From Squalus acanthias (Eukaryota): a stretch of DNA of 64,000 nt. This document shows positions 34,891 to 47,337 of the stretch, piece by piece (position 1 is the stretch's first letter; the number at the start of each line of letters is the position of its first letter). The stretch spans positions 104,472,001 to 104,536,000 of the forward strand of contig CM059432.1 of assembly GCA_030390025.1 (NCBI GenBank), given 5' to 3'. Below the pieces are notes generated by a model. That model had not been told where the DNA came from. It ran no database searches and saw only the letters and a list, made by a program, of their open reading frames with translations. The translations under genes were made by a program, and so were the position numbers.

Positions 34891-36686
34891 TAAACCAGGA
34901 AGTGTCAGTTAAAATATTTAATTCAATGTCAAATCAGGTACAGAAAGAGAAATAAAGGGAAGGAAAGAAAGAGGGGATTAAGAGAGAAATAAAAGAGACA
35001 GAAAGAAAAAGTGAAAAAAAGTTTTAATTAATTTTTTTATTTTTTTAAATCTCCAATAATAATAAAAGCTGAAGGAATGAGACTCCACACTTGTAGAAGT
35101 TTATTTTCAGTGCCAGAGAGGTCGTTTGGCAGTAATTAAGACTTAGCAGCCGTTACACTGGAATGGACAAGCCCTAACTTTTTCTAGTGAGTTTATTTCA
35201 TATTTATGAGGTAAGTACAGCAACTTCATGCCATTGAATGTATTTAAATTGTGAGTCAGACGACGAGATACTGTTATTGTGCAGTTTTTGGAGTAGCATG
35301 GCGTCTCAGACAGTAACTTCCTGATTTCCATGTTTAACTGTGCATGTGCGGTCGCCGGAAGTTGCTGTCTGATTTCCACTTAAATAACGATGAGTGCCTC
35401 ACCGTTATTTCTGTTGCAAAATCCAGTCTACAATGTTACAAACCATGCATATATATTGGTCTCGAAGCTAAGAAGCGCACAGTGTGTGATCCCACAGTGG
35501 AGATTTTGGCCCATGGATGCTCCAGACACCAGGATTCACTGATTCACCAGTCATTTGAGGCCAGTGGAAACACCAACCATCAGCTCGTAATGGAGGATTC
35601 CAGGCACAGTCATATCTCCCAGGAGGGACATATGGGTATAAAAGGAAAATGCATTAGAAAAATCTTTCCATAACCTAACTGAGATGATATTTGAATAGGG
35701 TTGCCAAATCTGATTGGACCTATTCTTGGAGGTCTCATCACATGACCTCCTGCTTTCAACCACCCCATTCAGACAAACAGCTTTTTTCCCCATCTCCAAT
35801 ATTTTTTCTAACTAATAAATGAAAGTGTCCAAAGAAAATGAAAAAAAAAACACAATGTTTTTAATGTCCCTATAATTTTTAGAGTGCGATAGCATATTTT
35901 GTGCCATAGCTTCATTAATATTTGGATTGCATGCAATAATATTGAAATGAATACCGTGTGCAATTTCTTGGGTTTTTACCTTCAAATCCCATTTTGAGTG
36001 GGCACAAAGGAAGTTCCATGTGTGATGTAACTCTTAAATGGAAACAAGCTTTGTATGTTTAGTTTTGCAATGCTTACAGTACCTTTAGTACAGTACTGTC
36101 TTTTTATTAAAAATGTTTTCAATATTTCTGAAATGCTCATTAGTACTATGCAATCAATAATTGTAATAATTTTGGGGACAATTTTCATTTAAGCATTTCA
36201 GTCTGTTGCTCACGGTAAGTGAAGCATTTACAGTACTTCAGCAGAACAGATCAAACAAAGGCATATAACGTTTTCAGATTTTTGCATATTTGGCTAGGAG
36301 GGGATTTTGAGTTAATTTATTTTATGTGTTGCTATGAAGTTAAATTAAGTTCACAAGGGGTTAATTCCCAGAAACACATAAGTTATCCATGATGCCAATT
36401 ATGACCTTTAGCTGAAGTAACAGACAAAATAGACATTGTGCACTCTCACACTACCATATCAGTTTGAGAAAATGGGGGAGGTTGTTGGCGCATTCCAGGG
36501 ATGTTCTCACCTCTAGGATTGGAATGGTTACCATTCAGAGGGACCTAATTGGGGCCTAGCTTGGCAGACTATGTGATTGCCATGGCTCCCACACCAAGGT
36601 GGGGGAGGTTTCTTATTCAAAGTGGTAGCTTTGATTGGCAGCTTGGTGAGATAATTCTTGACAGAGCCCAGCTGGGGGAGGTAACA

Positions 36687-37998
36687 ATTTTTTTTAAATA
36701 TTCATTCATGGGATGTGGGCATCGCTGGCAAGGCCAGCATTTATTGTCCATCCCTAATTGCCCTTGAGAAGGTGGTGGTGAGCCACCTTCTTGAACCGCT
36801 GCAGTCCGTGTGGTGAAGGTACTCAAACAGTGCTGTTAGGGAAGGAGTTCCAGGATTTTGACCCAGCGTCTGTGAAGGAACGACGATATACTTCCAAGTC
36901 AGGATGGTGTGTGACTTGGAGGGGAACTTGGAGGTGGTGGCGTTCCCATGTGCCTGCTGCCCTTGTCCTTCTAGGTGGAAGAGGTCGCGGGTTTGGGAGG
37001 TGCTGCCGAAGAAGCCTTGGTGAGTTGCTGCAGTGCATCTTGTAAATGGTACACACTGCAGCCACGGTACGCCAGTGGTGGAGGGAGTGAATGTTTAAGG
37101 TGGTGGATGGGGTGTCAATCAAGTGGGCTGCTTTGTCTTGGTTGGTGTCGAGTTTCTTGAGTGTTGTTGGAGCTGCACTCATCCAGGCAAGTGGAGAGTA
37201 TTCCATCACACTCCTCACTTGTGCCTTGTAGATGGTGGAAAGAGAGTCAGCAGGTGAGACACTCGCCGCACAATACCCAGCCTCTGACCTGCTATGTTGC
37301 CACAGTAGTTATGTGGCTGGTCCAGTTAAGTTTCTGGTCAATGGTGACCCCCAGGATATTGATGGTGGAGGATTTGGCAATGGTAATACCGTTGAATGTC
37401 AAGGGGCAGTGGTTAGACGCTCGCTTGTTGGAGATAGTCATTGCCTGGCACTTGTGTGGCACGAATGTTACCTGCCACTTATCAGCCCAAGCCTGAATGT
37501 TGTCCAGGTCTTGCTACATGCGGGCATGCACTGCTTCATTATCTGAGGAGTTGCGAATGGCACTGAACACCGTGCAGTCATCAGCGAACATCCCCACTTC
37601 TAACCTTATAATGGAGGGAAAGTCATTGATGAAGCAGCTGAAGATGGTTGGGCCTAGGACACTGCCCTGAGGAACTCCTGTAGCGATGTCCTGGGGCTGT
37701 GATGATTGACCTCCAACCACCAGAACCATCTTCCTTTGTGCTAGGTATGACTCCAGCCAGAGGAAAGTTTTCCCCCCGATTCCCATTGACTTCAGTTTTA
37801 CTAGGGCTCCTTGATGCCACACTCGGTCAAATGCTGCCTTGATGTCAAGGGTAGTCACTCTCACCTCACCTCTGGAATTCAGCTCTTTTGTCCATGTTTG
37901 GACCAAGGCTGTAATGAGGTCTGGAGCCGAGTTGTCCTGGCAGAACCCAAACTGGGCATCAGTGAGCAGGTTATTGGTGAGTAAGTGGTGCTTGATAG
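36687..37998 (-). mobile_element. 5'-truncated CR1/L2-group LINE (RT C-terminus and 3' UTR)
   Basis: ORF track peptides DIKAAFDRVWH...[10 protein letters not shown]...GMFADD and ...MEYSPLAW...; broken by stops; A-rich 3' end near 36690. Confidence 0.9.
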
Positions 37999-38699
37999 TA
38001 TGATCCAGGTATGAATGTTAAACTTTTGGCTTCCTTCTCAACTGGAAGATACAGTCTGCAGAAGTTTGAGTCCTACACAGTCAGAGAGAGAGGTTTTCTA
38101 AGTTCATGCCAGTCAGTTCAGCATTGCTAATTTGAAAAGTAAGGTAGACCCATATTAAAGGGGCAAAGTTTGTGCAATCTATTATTTTAATGAGCAACAG
38201 GAAACAGGTGCCTCTAACTATGAACTGTATTCTGTTCATTCCTGTATTTTATGTAAAACAACCCAATTTGTTGTCTTATGTTTAGCGTCATCGCAGAAGA
38301 ATGCTTATTAATCTGTCTTCTGAAAGATAGGAGAAATACTCATGGTGTCACATGTGAGATTACAGTATCCAGTACACACAACAAGGAGTCTTATGGTTAC
38401 AGACCTGGATCATACTATCATTTACCTACATATTGGGTAGTAAAAGTACACCTCTGATTAAAGGGAATATAGAGATGGCTTACGGGAATGTCCAGCGATG
38501 TTGGTCCAAGAGAATGTCAAACCCAAAATTCATAACTTGACGAGGAATTCATCCAACAGCAATTTTCACAGGAATTGAAGGAGCCACAAGGCATCTAGGT
38601 GCAGGTGGCAAGTGAGGGTAAAGTTAATCATTGCATGGCCCACAAAGACAATATTTTATGGTTGAAATGGTACAATATGAAAGAGGGCATTCCACGGAG

Positions 38700-39100
38700 A
38701 TCACCATGGCATCTGGTCTGTAGTGGTTGCACCTGAGATTATGCCACCAACCATATCTGCAGGCATTGGTACACCTATTGCCAATGACCAAGGACAACTG
38801 CCAATCGGGAATCAGTTACAAAGATTTTCCAGCTGCTGCAGGGACATCTGCAACCAACCTGAAACATAGGGATGGCACTGCCACTGGCAATCAAGGTCAC
38901 AAAAGCCCTCAACTTTTCTGTGTTAGATAATTGTTCTGTATCTGCTAGCCACACTTGCATTAAACAAGTGACTATTGCATTGTTCAGCGTGTCCAGCGCT
39001 TTCACCTTCACTCTCATTGAAGAGCAACAGGAGCATGACACAGCTACCCAGTTTTACTGCACTGCTCCATATCAGAAAGTTCAGGAGGTCATTAGCCTAT
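38700..39100 (+). pseudogene. Harbinger (HARBI1-like) transposase remnant
   Basis: MALPLAIKVTKALNF...SASHTCIKQVTIALF...QKVQEVI resembles the pre-catalytic helical region of Harbinger transposases; deleted and degraded. Confidence 0.6.
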
Positions 39101-39739
39101 CCATTGGATTCCTGCTCCTTCTCTGCCACCATCACTTTCTCCTTCTCATTTGTTACCTGTGACTCTTCAAGCTCACTGCATACTCCAGCATGTGTGTAGC
39201 TATGCTGGTGCTTGCAGATGTTGATGAGAGGGATGAAGGGTGCGGGGCAGTTCTGTCCTGTTCTGGACCACTGGCACTGCCACCAGGCTGTTCTTTCAGG
39301 TCTGCAGTGGCAGAAAAGGAACAAATGTTATAATGTTGATTAAAGGAGTTATCTTCAAGCAGAACTTGTCTTGCAGTATACTGTGTGTGATGTTTGTGTG
39401 GCTGTGCACATGCTTATGTGACAGTGAATGTGAAGGGGCCCTGCTGCTTCAGCTTCCCTCATTTCCTCCTTCCTCTCAGATGCAAGGATACCAAGGGTGG
39501 CTTTCTCCAATGGAATAAAGTGCTTGTGATTTCTGAACCCTCTTCCAGTTTCTGCTGGTGCCATCTCGTGCAAATAGAGAAGTAGTCTTCTGATATTATA
39601 ATCTAAAGGAGCACATGGACAGTGAAAAGAATATGCACAACATGCAGCCCATCCTAGGGGTTAGTAAATGACCATGCTTCTTGAAGCTATTTGGGTACAT
39701 TGATTTGATTTGTGAAGCCCTTCAAAGTTTTATCTTTAA

Positions 39740-40650
39740 ATTTGTTCTCAGGGCGTGGGTGAAACTAGCAAGGCTGTATTTGTTGCCAATCCCTGGTTGC
39801 CCTGAGAAGGTGGTGGTGTACCTTCTGCTTGAAAGACTGCAGTCTTTCTAGAGATGGCGCTCCCATAATGGTGTTAGATCATTAGAATTCCAGGATACTG
39901 ACCCACTGATGATGAAGGAATGGCAATATATGTCCAAAACAGGATGGTTTGTGACTTGGAAGGGAACTTGAAGATGATAATGTTTCCATAAGATTGCTAC
40001 TCGTGTCCTTCTTGGTGGTAGAGGTCTCATGGGAGGGAAGCAACCTTAATGAGTTGCTGCAGTGCATCCTGTAGATCGTACATACTGCAGCCACAGTATG
40101 CCGGTGAAGGAGGGAGTGTATATTAAACCCAATGACAGGGACACCGATTAAGTGAACTGTTCTTTCCTGGATGGTTTGGACTTCCCGAGTGTTGTTGCAG
40201 CTGCAGCCTGCCAGAGTATTCCAAAGTACTCCTGACTTGAGCTTCGTAGATGGTGGAGATGCTTTGAGAGGTCAGGAGATGAGCCATTTATCAAAGCGTT
40301 CCCAGTTTCTGCTCTTCTTTTGTAGCCAGTGTTGATATAGCTGGGCTTTCTCTTGTTCTAGATGGCCATTACTTGGCACTTATGTGATGTGATGATATCC
40401 TTGTCCTCCTGTAAACTGTCATGGGCTGCTTCAGTATTGGGGGAGTTGTGAATGGAGCTAAATACTGGAACCATCAGTGAACAGCTCCAATCCTGAAATT
40501 ACGATGGAGGGAAGGAGGGAAGCAGCTGAAGATGGTTCCACTTCCCTGAGGAACTCCTGTAGTAATGTACTGGGGTTGTGATGATGTACCTTCCACAACC
40601 ACAACCATCTTCCTTTGTGTCATGGTATGACTCCAGCCACTGGAGCATTT
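39740..40650 (-). mobile_element. Older degraded copy of the LINE family at 36687
   Basis: Colinear similarity (tccctggttgccctgagaaggtggtggtg...; ...TGVPQGS) with internal deletions. Confidence 0.8.
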
Positions 40651-40654
40651 TTGG

Positions 40655-41147
40655 TACAGACATGTTAACTTTCTGTGATTCATGTGCAGGACCCGCAAAT
40701 CCCTCTGAATACCAATATTTACTAGTCTCTCACCTTTTAAAAAATATTCTGCTTTTCCATTCTTCCTACCAAAGTGCATAATTTTACATTTCCCCACATT
40801 ATATTCCATCTACCACCTTTTTGCCCAGTCACTTAACCTGTCTATATCCCTTTGCAGCCTCTTTGCATCCTCCTCACAGCTTACTTTCCCACCTAGCTTT
40901 GTATCATCAGCAAACTTGGATACATTACACTTGGTCCCCTCATCTAAGTCATTGATATAGATTGTAAATAGCTGAGGCCCAAGCACTGATCCTTGCGGCA
41001 CTCCACTAGTTACACCCTGCCATCCCAAAAGTGACCCATTTATTCCTACTGTCTGTTTTCTGTCCTTAACCAATCCTCAGTCCGTGCTAATATATTACCC
41101 CAATCCCATGAGCCCTAATCTTGTGTAACAACCTCTTGTGTGGCACG
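40655..41147 (-). mobile_element. CR1 RT fragment
   Basis: [23 protein letters not shown]...KFADDTK..., closely similar to the CR1 ORF2 at 56348. Confidence 0.9.
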
Positions 41148-41629
41148 CATGGCGAATAGGCCAACTTTATCCTGAAAGCTGCCACAATACTCTATAGTGT
41201 GATATCCTCAGAAAATAATGTTACTACAATCAACAACATAGTTTGTTTCCCCCACTGTTTGGTACATATATAAGCCAGAGCAATCAGAGTTTAGAAGAAA
41301 TGAATGTAATTTGTCCAGCACATTTTTGGCAGAAAAATGTTTATTTGGGAATGAAAAGTCATTACTTTTTCTACTCGCTGGCTTGTAGGCAGGTGCCTTA
41401 GTAGATCTAATGGAGTTGCTGATGATTGTTGAAAGTTTTCATATTGATCATTTTGTATGTGTTAGAAGTGCCCTGAGGTTCCAGTAGGGCAGGGCAGAAC
41501 ACAATGAGTGAATTCAATACAAGATGGGAGTACTACAGGACAAGATTCTGTGAGAACTGTAGAGGGTTAGAAGATACTACAGAATAATTTCAATAGAATA
41601 AGCTTTTCTTTTCAGTTTCTTTGTTGATT

Positions 41630-41740
41630 TCTTTCCAGTTTTGACAAAGAGTTTATACCCGAAATGTTAACCTATCTTTTTTCGGATGCTGCTGTGTGTT
41701 TTGAGCATTTTCTGCTTTTATTGGATTTCCAGCATTAGCT
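41630..41740 (+). repeat. Degraded Penelope-like terminal fragment
   Basis: cagttttgacaaagag...ccgaaatgttaac...ggatgctgc...gcattttctg...gatttccagca parallels 29930-30050. Confidence 0.55.
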
Positions 41741-42554
41741 CTTTTTTTTCTCTTTTTGTCTCTTTATTGAAATACTTTGATTCTTATATAAGTATCAAAT
41801 AACAAAGAAATTCGTAACAATCTTTCGTTGGACTTCAGACACCAACTAGACTATCATTGTCTTTTTAAAAATGAAAAATTTAAGACAGACATTCTTTGAA
41901 TTAAGCTGAATTCTGATTGTAGAATCTATCTCTTGAGACTTCTATTATATACATATCTGGCTACTTTTACAATGTGGCATTATTGGTTGCTGGGATTCCG
42001 TTTTCTGGATACTATGCACTGTTCTTGATCACAGAAGGTAATTTGTTTTCTGTGGGGGAGATCAACCATTAAATTTAGCAATAAATTTCAGAACGTTGTT
42101 TGCCTGGTAACCTAGGTGATTGACCGCACCACTGATAAATGTTTGTCTTCCAGTAAATTGATTCTCCTCGCAGGCTTCTCCTTTTTGGGAGATTTAAAGT
42201 GGAACTTTCTCATTCTTTTTCGTCTTCCTGATAGTCTCCTGCAAAGGACAACCTGTAAACCTGTTGGAGCCCAGCCAGCATAAAGAACATAGACTGGTAC
42301 TCTCAGGGAGAAACTAGATCCAGGCAGCCTTAATGTTCATAAAACCCCATGTTTGCAGCCGTGACCTATTAAAGTGAGGGCTGTCAAGAGATTGGGGATC
42401 AATCATTTGCCACCTAAATATTTATTCAGGGTTTGGTGGAGTAACGCAAACTGTTGTAAAGAATTTTAAATTAGAAACAATTTATAGGATGCATACAATT
42501 ATGAATCCTGCCTCACTGAGGACAAAGAAAACATTGTAGCCACTTTTTTGGAAA

Positions 42555-42990
42555 CAAGAAAGAAAGACTTACATTTATATAGCGCCTTTCACGGCCACCA
42601 GATGTCTCAAAGCAGTTTACAGCCAATTAAGTACTTTTGGAGTGGAGTCACTGTTGTAATGTGGGATACCCAGCAGCCAATTTGCGCACAGCAAGCTTCC
42701 ACAAACTGCAATGTGATAATGACCAGATAATCTGTTTTTGTTATGTTGATTGAGGGATAAATATTGGCTAGGACACCAGGGATAACTCCCCTGCTCTTCT
42801 TCGAAATAGTGCCTTGGGATCTTTTACGTCCACCTGAGAGAGCAGACGGGGCCTCAGTTTAACGTCTCATCCGAAAGACGGCACCTCCGACAGTGCAGCA
42901 CTCCCTCAGTACTGCATTGGAGTGTCAGCCTAGATTTATGTGCTTTAGTCCCTGAAGTGGGACTTGAACCCACAACCTTCTGACTCAGAG
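42555..42990 (-). mobile_element. tRNA-head Deu-domain SINE (SacSINE1/AmnSINE1-like)
   Basis: Reverse complement of the element at 54541; B-box GGTTCAAGTCC; tail GGCGCTATATAAATG. Confidence 0.85.
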
Positions 42991-43401
42991 GGAGGGAATG
43001 GTGGAAGTTTCAAAACAAAGGAAAAGAAAATTGTAAGTGCTTGGAGAGGTAATAGGGCTGACCTTAAGGCTGCAGTTATACTGTAGCTACAAATCACACA
43101 GCTTTCCCCCTGGCTGGTAAAGAGCACTGAGAGTGGGGGTGGGGGCGGGGGTGGGGTGGGGCTGGAGTGCACGCATACTCAAAACATGTAGATCAGCTCA
43201 GCCTCAATTTACAAAGTATCCAGGAGGGGCTGAGCATTTTTTAAACTAGTTTTGACATGGTTATAATGGATGTTATAATCTATGTGATGTCAAGCTGAAG
43301 TGGCATGAGACAGTCTCCTCCAGGGATCTTCCATCACCGCTCTCCAAAGTTAGAAAAATGCTTTGCAATGACACAAAATTAGAAGTATAAGTGGACCTTA
43401 A

Positions 43402-43585
43402 TGGGTAGATCTTGACTTTATGCGACAGTGTAAAACGGTTGATAGCGAGTCGGCAGCCTGTTTTAATCTCTCCCGATTTTTATTTCCATTGACTTCAATA
43501 AAAATAAAAATCGGGAGAGATGTAACATGGGCTCCCGACTCGCTATCACCAGTTTCACCTATTGCACAAAGTCAAGATCTACCCC
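43402..43585. mobile_element. 184-bp fold-back MITE (Tourist/Harbinger type)
   Basis: Near-complete palindrome GGGTAGATCTTGACTTT...AAAGTCAAGATCTACCC with inner arms ATCTCTCCCGATTTTTATTT and AAATAAAAATCGGGAGAGAT; TSD TAA. Confidence 0.9.
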
Positions 43586-45769
43586 TAAGATTTCTAAGAA
43601 ATTACATGCAGAAAGTCAGAAGTGGACGGTGAATAATAGTGCTCTGCCACCAATTTATGAAAACATATTTAATTTCACATGGGTCTTGTAATTAAAATTA
43701 ATAATATTGTTAGTAGTGTGATGTAATCACAGGCTTTCCAAATCCAATTTGGATATCAACTTTGGTTCTCAGGAATACCAGCTGGCACTGCAAATGCTAA
43801 GTGGTGAATATTGCATCACACTCCTGACTTGTGCCTTGTGGAGGGACTTTGAGGGATCAGCAGGTGAGACGCTTGCTGCAAAGAGACCAGCTTCTGACCT
43901 GCTCTTGTAGCTATGGTGTTGATATGGCTGGTCCAGTTAAGCTTCTGGTCAATTGTGACCCCTGGATGTTGACAGAAAAATTATAGTCGGAGCCTCTGAA
44001 ATTTCTTTCTTAGATTCCCTCAGGATTTAAAATCATCAGGATTTGGCTACCTTAAGTTTAAGTAACCTCTTTAATATAATTTCACTTTGAATAATAACCT
44101 TCACTAACTGTTCTACACTCACCTCTGACAGTTCTACAAACTCAATATCCACCTCCTCTATGAAAACTGAGGTAAATAACTTATTTACTATTTCTGCTTT
44201 CCCTTTACACTCCACTAGAAGTTTGCCGCCGTCATTTTTTAGTGGCCCAAGCCCTACTTTGACTATCTTTTTATTACTAATGTGCCTTTGGAAAGCCTTT
44301 TTATTGCCCCTGATGTTTATATTTTCTAATTATTCTCATACTCCTTCTTAGCCAATCTAATATCCCTTTTTGTAGCTCTCCTATATATTATATCCGCTGA
44401 GTCTGTACTAAATGCAGGAGTCTTCCCACAGCCATCATTGCACACATTTTGCCTACGAAATAATGGCGTACCTCCTACCAGCTACTACATTCCTTCATGG
44501 TGATGCCCAAGTAGCACAGAATTCCCCTTTAATGGAGATCAGCAGCCGTTTACGAGCTGGCTCATCAATTCCAAACCAACCAGTATGCAGCTGCCTTCTT
44601 GCGCACATTTTCCACGTACAAGGAGCACAGGGAAATGAAAGGGAAATGCCTGATGCACAAAATTTGGCACAGCCAGCACTTCTGGCTGCTAATATGGATG
44701 CATCCCCTCCCTGGGTGATCACAGGCACAGTTTTGGTAAAATGGATGGAAAAACGCAGAGAGAATGCTCGAACTGGGAGTCCGCACTCATAAAATCACCC
44801 CTTATGACCTCTTAGCGTTGGTGCGAAGAGAAGTCCAGCACAACCCAGCCCACCATGAACTGTCCTGATCTGCAGCAACTCATTCCTGGCCCATTAGGCC
44901 TGCCTCTCAAATTTTCTGTCACCTTGAAAATTCCGGCCTAATACATAATTGCTAGCATGGGTTTTATAGCATGACAATTCCACTGGTGATTTTGTTTCCT
45001 GTGTATCCACCTCTGGAACTCAGCTCTTTGGTGAATCATTGACATTGCTTCAAACATTTCCAAAGCCTTTGACAGGATATGGTATCATCATGCACTTCTA
45101 AATAATATTCCTTCAGTTAACATACCTTATAGTACATAAAACCTCCATTCCTCTAACAGTGCCATGGTTGAAATCTCGATCTCCTCCCAGCATTTCAATG
45201 TGAAAACCTTGGGGCTGAATTTCTGTGGGGGTTCTCAACTGTATGAAAACCTGGGAGCAGGTTAAGAAATCTGTTGGTCTCGGAAAGGTTGCCAAACTAA
45301 CTATTGCTCACATTTTGCTTCATCTTACAATGTTACCTCACAGTGCATCTTAACAACACTTTCCTGTAAAATTGGTGCAGCATCACAGAGGGGGTTGCTC
45401 AGCATTAGCAACTGCTTTTGTACTGTCCGAATCATCGTAATGCCCAAGTTTAAAAAAGTATTTTGTGTTGATGCCATGACAATGCATTTGCCATTTGTCA
45501 CATTAAATGTGGCAAATAGCAAACATCGGGCATGCTGCCAACTCAAGGTTCCTGCATGATGCGCGTCCACAGACTCACTTAAGATGGCTGCTGACCATAC
45601 ACTGTTACAAAGGGGAAACATCAGGGTATAGCCCACTGAACACACCTTCACCACACACTCCTAGAATAAATAAAGCATGGCATAACTGGCATAGCTGTTA
45701 CCTTGATAACCACTAACAAAGCTGTCCTGTCCTGTAAGTGGTTTCCAGGTCTGGCTGCAGAAATATATG

Positions 45770-46105
45770 CAACAACAACAACAATGTGCATTTATATAAC
45801 ACCTTTAACATAGTAAAACGTTCCAAGGTGCTTCACAGGAGCGTTATCAGATAAAATTTGACCGAGCCACGTAAGGAGATATTAGGACAAGTGACCAAAA
45901 GCTTGGTCTAAGAGGTAGGTTTTAAGTAGCGTCATAAAGAAGGAGAGAGAGGCGGAGAGCTTTAGGCAGGGAATTTCAGAGCTTAGGGCCTAGAAAGCTG
46001 AAGGCACGGTTGCCAGCGGTGGGGTGAAGAAAATCGGGGATGCACAAGAGGCCAGAATTGGAGGAGCGCAGTGCTCTCAGAGGGTTGTAGGGCTGGAGGA
46101 GATAA
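45770..46105 (-). mobile_element. L2-type LINE 3' fragment
   Basis: Peptide LLQPYNPLRALRSSNSGLL...GNRAFSFLGPKL, then a 3' UTR ending in ATATAAATGCA and (GTT)n; tail similar to that of the Deu-SINE. Confidence 0.75.
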
Positions 46106-47337
46106 TGATGCGGAGATGCCGGTGTTGGACTGGGGTGGACAAAAATGAGAAGTCGCACAACACCAGGTTATAGTCCAACAGATTTATTTAAAATTACAAG
46201 AGGAAATAAGGATAGGGAGGGAACACAAGGATGAGATGCAGTTCTGTGATGGCATCTTTGAGGAATATTAGTCTCTGCTTACAGGTTTCTTTGGAAATGT
46301 CCAGTTATGATTGTCTAGCTCTCACACATGGGTGGCAGTTTAAAGGCCAATTGTAACTGATCCATAAGGTGCCAAAGCATTTGCCTAACATACGTCTCTG
46401 ATCCTCCTCTTTCTTCACCACGACTTGAAAATACAAAGGGATTCCCAGAGTGATATTTATAGCTACTACTGTATATGGAAAGGACACAATGAAATATCCC
46501 TGCAGAAACAAGCACAGATAACAGATGGGGTCCAGCTTTAAGAAGTTCTCTGTAAGTTATTTTACAAAACAGCAAAGCAGCTGAACAGGTTAACAGGTGA
46601 GCAACTAAACAACAAAGAAGTACTAAAATAGGTGAAACAAGTAGGGCAGCTACCAACAGAAAGCTAGTCCCCTTCAAGATAAAGGATCCAACATATTGGA
46701 GAGAGGCTTCTAAGGCAACACCCATTTCATATGGACCCTGAGCAGCTGCAGCACTGTTAAAGAGCTCCAAATGCATTATGACGCCATCCCCTAACTTAAA
46801 TAAAATTCAAGCCAGTAATAAGTTTAGTGCATGGCAATGTACAGGCTCTCAGTGCCACAGGCAACTTCACGACTGCATTATCGCAGGCCTCTAATGCCTG
46901 AACTAAAGACTGAGCATTGTATTATGTCTCGCAAAAGTTTAATACCACCTATTATCTTTGATGCTACGTAGATGTTAGTGACCAACTACTAAATATTTTC
47001 TATAGATGAGAGGTAAGCAGGGTCTCTTTGTGGTCCAAATTGACACACTGGAAATGGAAGTTTAAAATTAAGTCAACTCCTACATCTATGTTATTTAAAT
47101 GTAGGTTGTTGTTGTTGTTGTATCTATGTAAGCTCCTTTGTCTCTTGCACTCTCAGACAGGATAGATAACCATTCTTTCAGTTAAGCCTCCAATCTCTCT
47201 CTCTCTCTCTGATACATGTTTTCTTATTTCACTCTATTTTATTGATATTGTTATGGACAGTGCTCGTCTGAACTTTCCTCTCGCTACAACATTCCAAATG
47301 CTCTTTCTCCTCCTTACATCCTCAGTGTGGACATCAA

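Larger units (their letters stand above)
31486..35429. mobile_element. MITE A (Harbinger-like), split by element H2
   Basis: Degenerate TIRs (tGGCCGGATTTgG and CAAAATCCAGTCt). The body (aaccaatcagatt...aattcaatgtcaaatcaggtacagaaagagaaataaag...gaaggaatgagactccacactt) is shared with MITE B at 55735. Confidence 0.7.

Noticed and set aside
46315..46776. 153-aa hydrophobic minus-strand ORF
   Set aside because: No recognisable domain or convincing gene structure; cannot be supported without a search.
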